A program made the translations under genes and the position numbers. Positions 20,479 through 28,787 of a stretch of 32,838 bases of DNA are shown piece by piece. The notes below the pieces were generated by a model. It was not told the origin of the DNA. It did not search any database and was given only the letters and a program-made list of their open reading frames with translations. The stretch's first letter is position 1, and each line of letters starts with the position of its first letter. The DNA comes from an uncultured delta proteobacterium (lineage in GTDB: Bacteria; Myxococcota; Myxococcia; Myxococcales; Anaeromyxobacteraceae), in NCBI GenBank assembly GCA_963845515.1, contig CAWJSR010000036.1, positions 1 to 32,838 on the forward strand, given 5' to 3'.

Positions 20479-21630
20479 CTACAGCGGCCCGGTCCTCCAG
20501 GCGACCGCCGCGACCACCGCCGACTCGGTGAAGGATGGGTACTCGGGCCGCAGGTCGAGCTGGGTCCGCCCGACCAGCCCTCCCTCCAGCGTGAGCCGTT
20601 CGCGCAGCGTCCAGACGGCCCGCCCATCGAAGCCCGCGAACGCGACCCGCCCCGTCAGCCAGGCCCCGCCCGCGGCCGAGCCCTGGAGCGAGAGGCGTCG
20701 TGAGGCGCGCCACGTGACCTGCCAGGACGTCTCCGCGATGGCCACCACCTCCCCGGTCAAGCCGTCGACCGAGGGCGCGAGCCGCGCGACGCCCTGCACC
20801 GTGAGTCGCAGCCCGTCGCCGGCGCGGGCGAACCCGCCGTCGACCGTGGGGATCACGCCGTACGCGCCGGTTCCCGGCCTCTCCCGGACGAGCATCGCGC
20901 CGGCCCCGCCCCAGGCCTCCAGCCTGGGGGAGAAGGCGTGCCGCCAGGAGCCTGCTGCCCCAGCCAGCGTCGCCGCCTCCTCGGCGAGGAGCGTAGCCGT
21001 CTGCACCTCCATGTAGCGCGCCGAGAGCAGGAGCGTGTCGAGCTGGCTGACCAGGCGGGAGAGCGAGCCGGTCAGCATGGCCTCCCGGGTCGTGGGGAGG
21101 AGCGCGCCATCTGCGGCGTCGGAGGCCCGCATCAGGCGCCAGGATCCGGCGCCGGCCAGCGTGGTGCGGGCGTCGACGGGGATCACGATGGCCGAGCGCG
21201 CGTGGAGCCACTCGTACGCGACCGCTCTCGCGACCGCGAACTGTCCCGGGGTCGTCGCCGCAGCCCCCGATGGATCGGCGAGCGGATCCGTCATTCCGCG
21301 AAACGCGCTGGCCGCGGCGTGGGCGCGCCAGGGACGGGAGTGATTGGTCTCGAGGCGCAGCGTCAGCGAGTGGTCGACCACGGGGAGGGGCGCCGTCGCG
21401 AGGTCGTTGGACGCGATGCGAGGCGCGTACGTGGAGGTTAGCCTCAGCGCCAATGCGTCGGCGACGATGGTGGCCGAAGGGGCCGCCGTGGCGCCGGCGC
21501 GCGCCGGTGGTCGAAGGTCTGCAGGCACCACCGTCGTGGCGCGTCCCTCGGCGCGGATGCCGAGCTCGGCGTTCACGCTGGCGGACAGCCCCAGCGCCGC
21601 GACCAGGCTGAGCACCACCTCGCCGGCCAT
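20479..21630 (-). CDS. Putative outer-membrane beta-barrel protein
   Basis: Signal peptide, GGAGG RBS, many alternating hydrophobic/polar strand-like segments and a C-terminal VAVAW-type strand. Family assignment is inference. Confidence 0.55.
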   Translation of the reverse strand: MAGEVVLSLVAALGLSASVNAELGIRAEGRATTVVPADLRPPARAGATAAPSATIVADALALRLTSTYAPRIASNDLATAPLPVVDHSLTLRLETNHSRPWRAHAAASAFRGMTDPLADPSGAAATTPGQFAVARAVAYEWLHARSAIVIPVDARTTLAGAGSWRLMRASDAADGALLPTTREAMLTGSLSRLVSQLDTLLLSARYMEVQTATLLAEEAATLAGAAGSWRHAFSPRLEAWGGAGAMLVRERPGTGAYGVIPTVDGGFARAGDGLRLTVQGVARLAPSVDGLTGEVVAIAETSWQVTWRASRRLSLQGSAAGGAWLTGRVAFAGFDGRAVWTLRERLTLEGGLVGRTQLDLRPEYPSFTESAVVAAVAWRTGPL

Positions 21631-21663
21631 GTGCGTCCTCCTCCGATCCGCCCAACCAGCCTC

Positions 21664-23295
21664 TCACCCCCAGAGATCCCAGCGCCCCGTGCCGAGGACG
21701 GCCGCTGCAACTCCGGCGTTGGCGACGGCGTGGGCGAGGATGGCGTCTCCAAGCCGGCCGCTGCGGATCCGCACCGCCGCGAAGGCGAGACCCGCGAGGG
21801 TGCCAACGACCCACTGTTGATGAAGGGCGCCGAACGCGAGCGACGAGATGAGGACCGCTGGGACGGTCCACGCGCGCGGCGCCACCCGCTCGAAGTCCGG
21901 CGCGATGAGCCAGGGGAGGAGGAACCCCCGGAACGCCAGCTCCTCGACCACCGGGATGACGAGGCAGGAGCCGAGGATGCGCAGCGCGATCCACGCGGTC
22001 CGCTCGCCGGGTCCGACCCGGGCCAGCCCCTCCGCGAGCGGGGTGCCGTCGCCGTGCGACAGCCAGATCCAGAGGACGCCCACCGCCGCGCCTACCAGGA
22101 GGGGGAGGGCGGTCGGCGCGGAATCGAGGCGGGGGAGGAGGCGCCGGAGGAGCAGCAGCGCGACCGCGGCGGCCGCGAGCCGCGCGCCGTACCAGCGATC
22201 GAAGCCGGAGGCGAAGACATCGGTGAGGAGGGCCGCCGCGACCACCGCGATGAGCGGCGCGACGTAGGCGGCCGCGGCCGGAGGCAGGCCGTCATCGCCC
22301 CGGCCGCTCGGGGCCTCCGCGCGCTGCAGCCAGCGGACGCGCTCCGCCGCCGCGACGCTCGCGAGCGCGATCGCGAGGAACAGCAGCCATCCGAGCTTGG
22401 AGTGGAGGCCGCCCATCGCCAGGGTCTCGTGGCCGACGGAGCCGAGGACGAGCAGGACCGTGATCCGGAGCACGTTGGCCGCCATCGCGGCGAGGGCGCC
22501 CATCGGCAGGAGCAGGAGGGCGCGGCCGATCCGCAGGCGCGAGCGGGCCATCGCGATCCAGAGCGCCTGGAACATGACGATCAGGCCGATGCCGTCGACG
22601 CCCGAGCAGACCGGAGCGACCTCGACGACGAACCCGTCGATGCCCACGACCCGCTGGCCAACGTCCAGCAGCACGTCGTCGGAGATGACGTGGAGCGGAA
22701 ACGCCACCGCCCTGAGCGTGATCCCCGACAGCGCGCCCCACAGTCGCTCGACGCCAGCTGCGGCGCCCCAGGCGAGCAGGCCGGCGGCGAGGGAGAGCAG
22801 TGGAGTCCCCCAGTGCGCGACCAGCAGCCGCGCGAACCACCCCAGGGGGGCGGCACTCCAGGCGGCCAGCAGGAGGGTCGCCCCGACGCCTCCGAGCCAG
22901 ACCAGCAGCACCGCGTTGGTCAGCGGGGGGGCGCCGGGCGCGAAGAGGTGGAGGGCGCTGGCGGCGGTGACCGCGAAGGCCACGAGGTGGCCGGCGAGCG
23001 CCGGCGCGGGCCGCCATGCGGGGAGCGGGGGGCGCTGCGCTGGCTGGGCCAGCGCGCGAGGGCGTCGCGCCAGAAGCCATCCGGCCGCGCCCGCCCCGAT
23101 CAGCACCGGAACGAGAAGCCGGATGGCACTCACCAGACCCGCCGCCGGCCCCGCGACGGGGAAGTCGACGAGTGTGGACAGCGCGAGATATTCGCCGACG
23201 AGGAGCGAGGCGGGGAGCACCCACCTGGTCGGAGTACGTTCGGGCGCCGCCGGCGCGATCGCGCCGGCGTAGCCGGACGAAGCCGGGGAGAGCAC
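21664..23295 (-). CDS. xrtE: Exosortase E/CAAX (CPBP) protease fusion
   Basis: Exosortase Cys/Arg/His motifs (EVAPVCSGVDG, ANVLRI, GLHSKLGW) followed by CPBP motifs (PVVEELAFRG, FGALH, HAVAN). Multi-TM protein directly downstream of a CTERM protein. Confidence 0.9.
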   Translation of the reverse strand: MLSPASSGYAGAIAPAAPERTPTRWVLPASLLVGEYLALSTLVDFPVAGPAAGLVSAIRLLVPVLIGAGAAGWLLARRPRALAQPAQRPPLPAWRPAPALAGHLVAFAVTAASALHLFAPGAPPLTNAVLLVWLGGVGATLLLAAWSAAPLGWFARLLVAHWGTPLLSLAAGLLAWGAAAGVERLWGALSGITLRAVAFPLHVISDDVLLDVGQRVVGIDGFVVEVAPVCSGVDGIGLIVMFQALWIAMARSRLRIGRALLLLPMGALAAMAANVLRITVLLVLGSVGHETLAMGGLHSKLGWLLFLAIALASVAAAERVRWLQRAEAPSGRGDDGLPPAAAAYVAPLIAVVAAALLTDVFASGFDRWYGARLAAAAVALLLLRRLLPRLDSAPTALPLLVGAAVGVLWIWLSHGDGTPLAEGLARVGPGERTAWIALRILGSCLVIPVVEELAFRGFLLPWLIAPDFERVAPRAWTVPAVLISSLAFGALHQQWVVGTLAGLAFAAVRIRSGRLGDAILAHAVANAGVAAAVLGTGRWDLWG

Positions 23296-23562
23296 TCAGC
23301 GCACGCGGCGGCGCCGGACCAGGAGCACACCGCCGCCCATCAGCAGGGCCGCGATGGAGCCGGCCGCTGTCGGATCGAACTCCGGGATGCTCTGGCGATC
23401 GACATCAGCGTCCTGACCGCCGCCTCCCTGGGTGGACCTTCTCTCGGACTGGTGCGCACCGCGGTGGCACTTGAAGACCGACCCAACATCGGCCATCGAA
23501 ACCCCAGCGGGAAGCAGCAGCCCTGCGACCAGCACCATCCTCAACGCTCGACGACAGGTCAT
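23296..23562 (-). CDS. Small VPEID-CTERM-type sorting-signal protein (IPEFD variant)
   Basis: Signal peptide, ~35-aa polar linker, then IPEFDPTAAGSIAALLMGGGVLLV followed by RRRR. Confidence 0.88.
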   Translation of the reverse strand: MTCRRALRMVLVAGLLLPAGVSMADVGSVFKCHRGAHQSERRSTQGGGGQDADVDRQSIPEFDPTAAGSIAALLMGGGVLLVRRRRVR

Positions 23563-23654
23563 GTCGGAACCCCCCTACTGCGCAACAAGATGGTGGGTCC
23601 GTGTGGGCGTGTCCATTCCGCCGGTGGGGTGCCGACGTCGGGGGTGCCCTTTCG

Positions 23655-23775
23655 CGCGTCAAAGCCCAGGGTAGAACTTCTCCCTGCACGTCCCATGTCG
23701 TCCGGGTGGACGCCCTCGGCCCAGCCGTTGCCGCGCTCCTGCTCCATCGTCCGGCCGGTGAAGGCCAGCCGCGAA
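23655..23775 (-). pseudogene. PAS-domain (PAS_3 type) gene remnant
   Basis: LAFTGRTMEQERGNGWAEGVHPDD...FDARK is a recognisable sensor-kinase/GGDEF PAS segment. The flanking translation is not protein-like. Confidence 0.7.
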
Positions 23776-23926
23776 GGGGGCGCTTGCACCTCGAACCGCG
23801 ATCTTCGGCCCCTCACAGGAGGTAGACGCCGCTGGAGTTGTTGACGTCTCCCCGCCAACCCACGGATCATGCCGCCCGCGCACCAGCTGGTCCGCCTCAC
23901 CCCTCCCGATCGACCTCCGCACGAAG

Positions 23927-25897
23927 ATGACGACGCGACTCCCCGCCCTCCTCGGGGCGCTCCTGCTCCTGCTGCCGGCCTCCGCTTCTGCGGCCGGCTC
24001 GTCGGAGGAGCTCACGGTCCTCAGCTACCACGAGGTGGCCGACAGGGCCCGCTCGCTGGTCCCGGCCTACGCCGTCACGCCGACCGACTTCGTCCGCCAG
24101 ATGGACTGGCTCCGGAACCACGGCTTCCACTTCGTCGGCGTCGGAGAGGTGATCGCCGCCCGCGAGGGGAAGGCGCCGCTCCCCGACAAGGCCGTGCTCA
24201 TCACCTTCGACGACGGCTACCAGTCGGTCTACGACAACGCCTGGCCGATCCTCCGGACCTTCCGCATCCCAGCCGTGATCAACGTGGTGGGGAGCTGGCT
24301 GGAGGAGAAGGGGACGGTGGACTTCGACGGCAAGCCCCTCCCGCGCGGCGAGCTGCTCTCCTGGGCGGAGCTCCGCGAGATGAGCGAGAGCGGGCTGGTG
24401 GAGGTGGGGAGCCACACCTACGACCTCCACCGCGGCATCCTGGGGAACGCCGAGGGGAACCTCCAGCCGGCCACCACGACCCACCGCTGGTTTCCCAGCA
24501 AGAAGCGTTACGAGGACGATGCCACCTACCGCCGCCGCGTGCGGGACGACCTCGCGCGGAACGACGCGCTGATCCTCCGGCGGATCGGGAAGGAGCCGCG
24601 CGTGATCGCGTGGCCGTACGGGCGCTACAACCGGCCGACCCGCGAGGTGGCCGTCAGGCTAGGACTCAAGGTCGGGCTCACGCTCGACGACGGCGCCAAC
24701 ATGCGCGACACCCCGCTCTGGGGGCTGCGCCGGATCCTGGTCGAGCGCGGCATGACGCTCTGGGACCTGGACCGGGAGATCGCGATCCGGAACCGGAACA
24801 TCTCCGACAACGACCGGCCGCAGAAGATCGCACACGTCGACCTGGACACCGTCTACGACCCGGACTCGGCGCAGCAGGAGCGAAACCTCGGTCACCTGCT
24901 CGATCGGATCGCGGCGCTGGGCGTGAACACGGTCTACCTGCAGGCCTTCGCCGACCCGGACGGCAACGGCTCGGCCGACTCCGCCTACTTCCCCAACCGG
25001 CACGTGCCGCTGCGCGCCGATCTCTTCAACCGGGTCGCGTGGCAGATCCGGACCCGCACGCCGGTGAAGCGGCTCTACGCCTGGGTGCCCATGCTCTCCT
25101 GGGAGCTCCCGGCGAGCGACCCTGCCGCCGGCGACAGGGTCGTCACCCTGGCCGGGCGGGAGGGCGGCCACGTCGACATGGGGTACATCCGCCTCTCGCC
25201 CTTCTCCCCACGGGCGCGGAGGGCGATCCGGGAGATCTTCGAGGACCTCGCGCGCGCCGCGCCGTTCGAGGGGCTGCTCTTCCACGACGACGTGACGCTC
25301 TCCGACTTCGAGGACGCCAGCCCGTCGGGGCTCGCGGCGTACAGGTCGTGGGGGCTCCCCGCGTCGATCGAGGAGATCCGGAGGAGCGACGACCTGATCG
25401 GTCGCTGGACCATCCTCAAGATCAACGCGCTGGACGACTTCGCCCTCGAGCTGGCCGGCGTCGTCCGCGACCTGCAGCCGGCGCTCAAGGTGGCGCGGAA
25501 CCTCTACGCGAGGGTCGCGCTCAACCCGAAGGCGGAGGTCTGGTACTCGCAGGCGCTCGAGAACTCGCTCGTGCGGTATGACTTCACCGCCATCATGGCG
25601 ATGCCGTACATGGAGAAGGCCCCGGATGCGGACGCGTTCTACCGGGAGCTCGTGAACGTCGTGAACGCCAGGCCGGGGGCGATGAGGAAGGTCGTCTTCG
25701 AGCTCCAGTCCGTGGACTGGCGGGAGGGGAACAAGCCGATCTCCAGCCCGCAGCTCGCCGACACGGTCCGCGCCCTCTACGCGATGGGGGTGCAGCACGT
25801 CGGGTACTACCCGGACGCGCCGCAGGACGACCACCCCGACGCCGCCGTCATGCGGACGGTCTTCGACTCCAAGCCGAACGCGCCCGAGACGCGCTGA
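23927..25897 (+). CDS. pgaB: Poly-beta-1,6-GlcNAc N-deacetylase PgaB (CE4 + GH153)
   Basis: LSYHEV, LITFDDGY, EVGSHTYDLHRG, AWPYG, HVDLDTVYD, VYLQAFADPDG, RADLFNRVAWQ, LFHDD, IMAMPYME, GYYPD. Confidence 0.96.
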   Translation: MTTRLPALLGALLLLLPASASAAGSSEELTVLSYHEVADRARSLVPAYAVTPTDFVRQMDWLRNHGFHFVGVGEVIAAREGKAPLPDKAVLITFDDGYQSVYDNAWPILRTFRIPAVINVVGSWLEEKGTVDFDGKPLPRGELLSWAELREMSESGLVEVGSHTYDLHRGILGNAEGNLQPATTTHRWFPSKKRYEDDATYRRRVRDDLARNDALILRRIGKEPRVIAWPYGRYNRPTREVAVRLGLKVGLTLDDGANMRDTPLWGLRRILVERGMTLWDLDREIAIRNRNISDNDRPQKIAHVDLDTVYDPDSAQQERNLGHLLDRIAALGVNTVYLQAFADPDGNGSADSAYFPNRHVPLRADLFNRVAWQIRTRTPVKRLYAWVPMLSWELPASDPAAGDRVVTLAGREGGHVDMGYIRLSPFSPRARRAIREIFEDLARAAPFEGLLFHDDVTLSDFEDASPSGLAAYRSWGLPASIEEIRRSDDLIGRWTILKINALDDFALELAGVVRDLQPALKVARNLYARVALNPKAEVWYSQALENSLVRYDFTAIMAMPYMEKAPDADAFYRELVNVVNARPGAMRKVVFELQSVDWREGNKPISSPQLADTVRALYAMGVQHVGYYPDAPQDDHPDAAVMRTVFDSKPNAPETR

Positions 25898-25909
25898 GCG
25901 GCCCACCCG

Positions 25910-27193
25910 ATGACGGCTCGCCTCGACACGCTCTGGCACGGGTTGCTCGCCTTCGTCTTCTACTACCCGCTCTTCATGTCGTTCCTGTGGATGATCGGGG
26001 CGGCGATCTTCTACTGGCGGCACGAGCGGGAGGGCGCAGACGGGGATCCGCAGCGCGCGCCGCCGGGCTCGCCTCCGGTGAGCGTCCTCATCCCCTCGCA
26101 CGACGAGGGAGAGAACGCGGAGGAGACGCTGAGCCACGCGCTCGCGCTCGACTATCCCGAGTTCGAGGTCATCGCCATCAACGATGGGAGCACGGACGAC
26201 ACCGGCGCGGTGCTGGAGCGCATGGCAGCGCGCCACCCGCGCCTGCGCGTCGTGCACCTCGCGCAGAACCAGGGCAAGGCGATCGCGCTGCAGACCGGGG
26301 CCCTGCTGGCGAATCACGAGCTCCTCATCTGCATCGACGGCGACGCCCTCCTCGACCCGCAGGCCGCGCACTGGCTGGTGCGCCACTTCGTCCAGAGCCC
26401 GCGCGTGGGGGCGGTGACCGGGAACCCACGGATCCGCAACCGGTCGACGCTCCTGGGGCGCGTGCAGGTCGGCGAGTTTTCGTCGATGGTCGGCATGATC
26501 AAGCGCGCCCAGCGCAGCTTCGGCCGCATCTTCACCGCCAGCGGGGTCATCACGGCGTTCCGCAGGTCGGCGGTGCACCAGGTGGGCTACTGGAGCGCCG
26601 ACATGCTGACCGAGGACATCGACGTCACCTGGAAGCTGCACCGGGCGGGCTGGGACGTCCGCTTCGAGCCGAGAGCGCTGACCTGGATCCTGATGCCGGA
26701 GACGCTCGGCGGGCTCTGGAAGCAGCGGCTGCGCTGGGCGATGGGCGGCGCGCAGGTGCTGTTCAGGAACCTCGACGTGCTCCGCCACCCGGGCCAGAGC
26801 TTCATGTGGCCCCTGCTGCTGGAGATGTGCGCCAGCCTGCTGTGGAGCTACTCGATGCTCGCGCTGACGCTGCTCTGGCTGGCGGGGAAGGCCGGGACGT
26901 TCATCACCTGGGGGGCGCTGCAGGCGCTGCCGGTGGTGACCGCGCCGCTGGCCCCGCAGGCGAGCGGCCTGATCCTCGGCACGACCTGCCTGCTGCAGTT
27001 CGCGTTCAGCAGCTGGCTGGACCGCGACTACGACCGTCGCCTGGGCCGGAACCTCTTCTGGATGATCTGGTACCCCTTCGCGTACTGGATCATCAACACG
27101 GCGTCGACCGTCGTCGCCTACCCGAAGGTCCTGCTGCGCGGCCAGGGCAAGCGCGCGCGGTGGGTCAGCCCGGACCGGGGCATTCGCCCCTGA
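25910..27193 (+). CDS. pgaC: Poly-beta-1,6-GlcNAc synthase PgaC
   Basis: FVFYYPLFMS, INDGSTD, NQGKA, CIDGD, TGNPRIRNR, TEDID, QRLRW, ARWVSPDRG. Confidence 0.97.
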   Translation: MTARLDTLWHGLLAFVFYYPLFMSFLWMIGAAIFYWRHEREGADGDPQRAPPGSPPVSVLIPSHDEGENAEETLSHALALDYPEFEVIAINDGSTDDTGAVLERMAARHPRLRVVHLAQNQGKAIALQTGALLANHELLICIDGDALLDPQAAHWLVRHFVQSPRVGAVTGNPRIRNRSTLLGRVQVGEFSSMVGMIKRAQRSFGRIFTASGVITAFRRSAVHQVGYWSADMLTEDIDVTWKLHRAGWDVRFEPRALTWILMPETLGGLWKQRLRWAMGGAQVLFRNLDVLRHPGQSFMWPLLLEMCASLLWSYSMLALTLLWLAGKAGTFITWGALQALPVVTAPLAPQASGLILGTTCLLQFAFSSWLDRDYDRRLGRNLFWMIWYPFAYWIINTASTVVAYPKVLLRGQGKRARWVSPDRGIRP

Positions 27194-27316
27194 TTGAATA
27201 TTCGTGTATTGAGGTGCGTCCTTGGGCTCCGTGGGGGTCGTCGGCCGTTGGCCGTGACGACCGGGCGGTGACGCGGATGTTCGACCAGGACGACTGAAGG
27301 CCGAGAGCTGAAGGAC

Positions 27317-27748
27317 ATGACCGGTTCATTCATCATCAACGCGCGCGATCGCCTTCGCTGGCATCAGCGCATGTGGTCCGACGCCTCCACGATCATCCTG
27401 TGGGGCGTCTGGCTGAGGCTCTGGTATCCGGTCCTGCGCTCACTGGCCTGGGCGGACTTCGGGGCCGTCCACCACCGCTTCGCTGCGCTCGGTCACCTCC
27501 CGGGCCCTTCGGTCGTCGGGCTCCCGCGCTACGCGATGGCGTTGGTCGGCACCTCCGGCTCACTGATCCTATGGAACCGGCTGCCGGCGCTCAGGCTGAG
27601 CACTCCCGAGGTGCACACCGTGAGTGACTACGCCCGGCACTTCGAGCTGCCCGAGGAGGAGATCCTCGGCGGCCGCAGCGCCAGCGTCTGCGTGGTGCAC
27701 CACGACGACGGCGGCCGCATCGTCCGCGTAGAGCGGCGCCCGGGCTGA
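27317..27748 (+). CDS. pgaD: PNAG biosynthesis protein PgaD
   Basis: Small two-TM protein after pgaC with a C-terminal VVHHDDGGRI and an AAGGA RBS. Confidence 0.82.
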   Translation: MTGSFIINARDRLRWHQRMWSDASTIILWGVWLRLWYPVLRSLAWADFGAVHHRFAALGHLPGPSVVGLPRYAMALVGTSGSLILWNRLPALRLSTPEVHTVSDYARHFELPEEEILGGRSASVCVVHHDDGGRIVRVERRPG

Positions 27749-27755
27749 CCAGCCC

Positions 27756-28562
27756 TCACGGCAGCATCGCCTGCGCGACCGCCTGGTGAAGGACCTCCGC
27801 CAGGACGTCCAGCGAGGCCGCCGTGTCCCGGCTCGTGACGACCATCCCGGCCGTCCCGGAGCGTGCCTCGCCCCCTGCCACGAAGGGGAGGGGCCTTCGT
27901 CCGAGCCGCAGGAGCCTGTCGTCGTGGAAGGCGTGCTTCGCCTGCTCCCTGAGCCGGCGACCGAGCGCGACCATGTTCGCCGTGCTGGAGGGCTGCAGGT
28001 CGGCGCCCAGGCAGGTGAAGTCGACGAGCCCCTCGACCACGGCCGCGGAGCGGCCGTCGCGGGCGTAGACGAGGATGACCTGCTGCAGGGACGTGTCGGA
28101 CGAATGGTAGGTCTTCGTCGACGTGCGCGTCACCCTGAGGCCACCCGTGGCGACGGCCATGCCCAGGGAGAGCGACGTCGCCTTCTCGGTGCGCGCGACC
28201 TCGGAGCGTGCCTCCCGCGAGCCGCGCAGGACGGCGATGACGTCGGGCAAGGCGATCTCCATGGCCTCGCCGAACCGTGGCGCGAACGTGACGGCCTCGG
28301 CGGTGAACGCGACGCGCTGCGCGATGGTCCGCGCGGAGTCGGTCGGGACGTGGGCGTCGATCGCCAGGACCGCAAGGCCGGCCGTCCGGAGCGCCGCGAC
28401 GAGCGCCTCCGCGGCGCCCTCCTCGAGCCGCGCCAGGAGCGCCGGCGGCTCGGGCGAGAGCCGCATCCGGCTCTCCGCGAGGGTGAGCCCGGTCGCGGCG
28501 GCGACTGCCGCCGCCGCCTCCTCGAGCCGTTGGGGTGCCTTGACGACAGCGACGAACTTCAC
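27756..28562 (-). CDS. Hypothetical protein (~268 aa)
   Basis: Protein-like composition begins at GTG 28562 (MKFVAVVK); the upstream ORF extension looks non-coding. Confidence 0.75.
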   Translation of the reverse strand: MKFVAVVKAPQRLEEAAAAVAAATGLTLAESRMRLSPEPPALLARLEEGAAEALVAALRTAGLAVLAIDAHVPTDSARTIAQRVAFTAEAVTFAPRFGEAMEIALPDVIAVLRGSREARSEVARTEKATSLSLGMAVATGGLRVTRTSTKTYHSSDTSLQQVILVYARDGRSAAVVEGLVDFTCLGADLQPSSTANMVALGRRLREQAKHAFHDDRLLRLGRRPLPFVAGGEARSGTAGMVVTSRDTAASLDVLAEVLHQAVAQAMLP

Positions 28563-28787
28563 CGACCCAGCGTACGCGCCCGACTGGAAAGATCCCAGCG
28601 GCCGTAACCCGTGTGGGTTCGCTCGCCAGGGCCGGCGACGGCTTCGGCCCCAACGCGCAGTTGCCGCGGGCGCCCTGAGAGGGGCCCATGCCCCTCCGGG
28701 AGTGGGCGGGCACACCGACGGAGTGATGCCCCGGGCCGAGCGGGTAGTTATTGGTCGTTTATCTCACTCGTCGTCCGGGAGCCGGGG

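Noticed and set aside
23609..23636. Sigma-54 promoter for the CTERM-xrtE unit (minus strand CGGCAC-CCCACC-GGC)
   Set aside because: GG-N10-GC spacing fits, but the -12 element lacks TTGC; too weak in high-GC DNA.
21631..26788. Long ORFs 21631-23844 (+), 23869-25581 (+) and 24659-26788 (-)
   Set aside because: Antisense or off-frame shadows of xrtE, pgaB and pgaC, as expected at high GC; no motifs.
27191..27215. AT-rich patch with GAATATTC palindrome between pgaC and pgaD
   Set aside because: An 8-bp palindrome alone does not support a binding site or promoter call.
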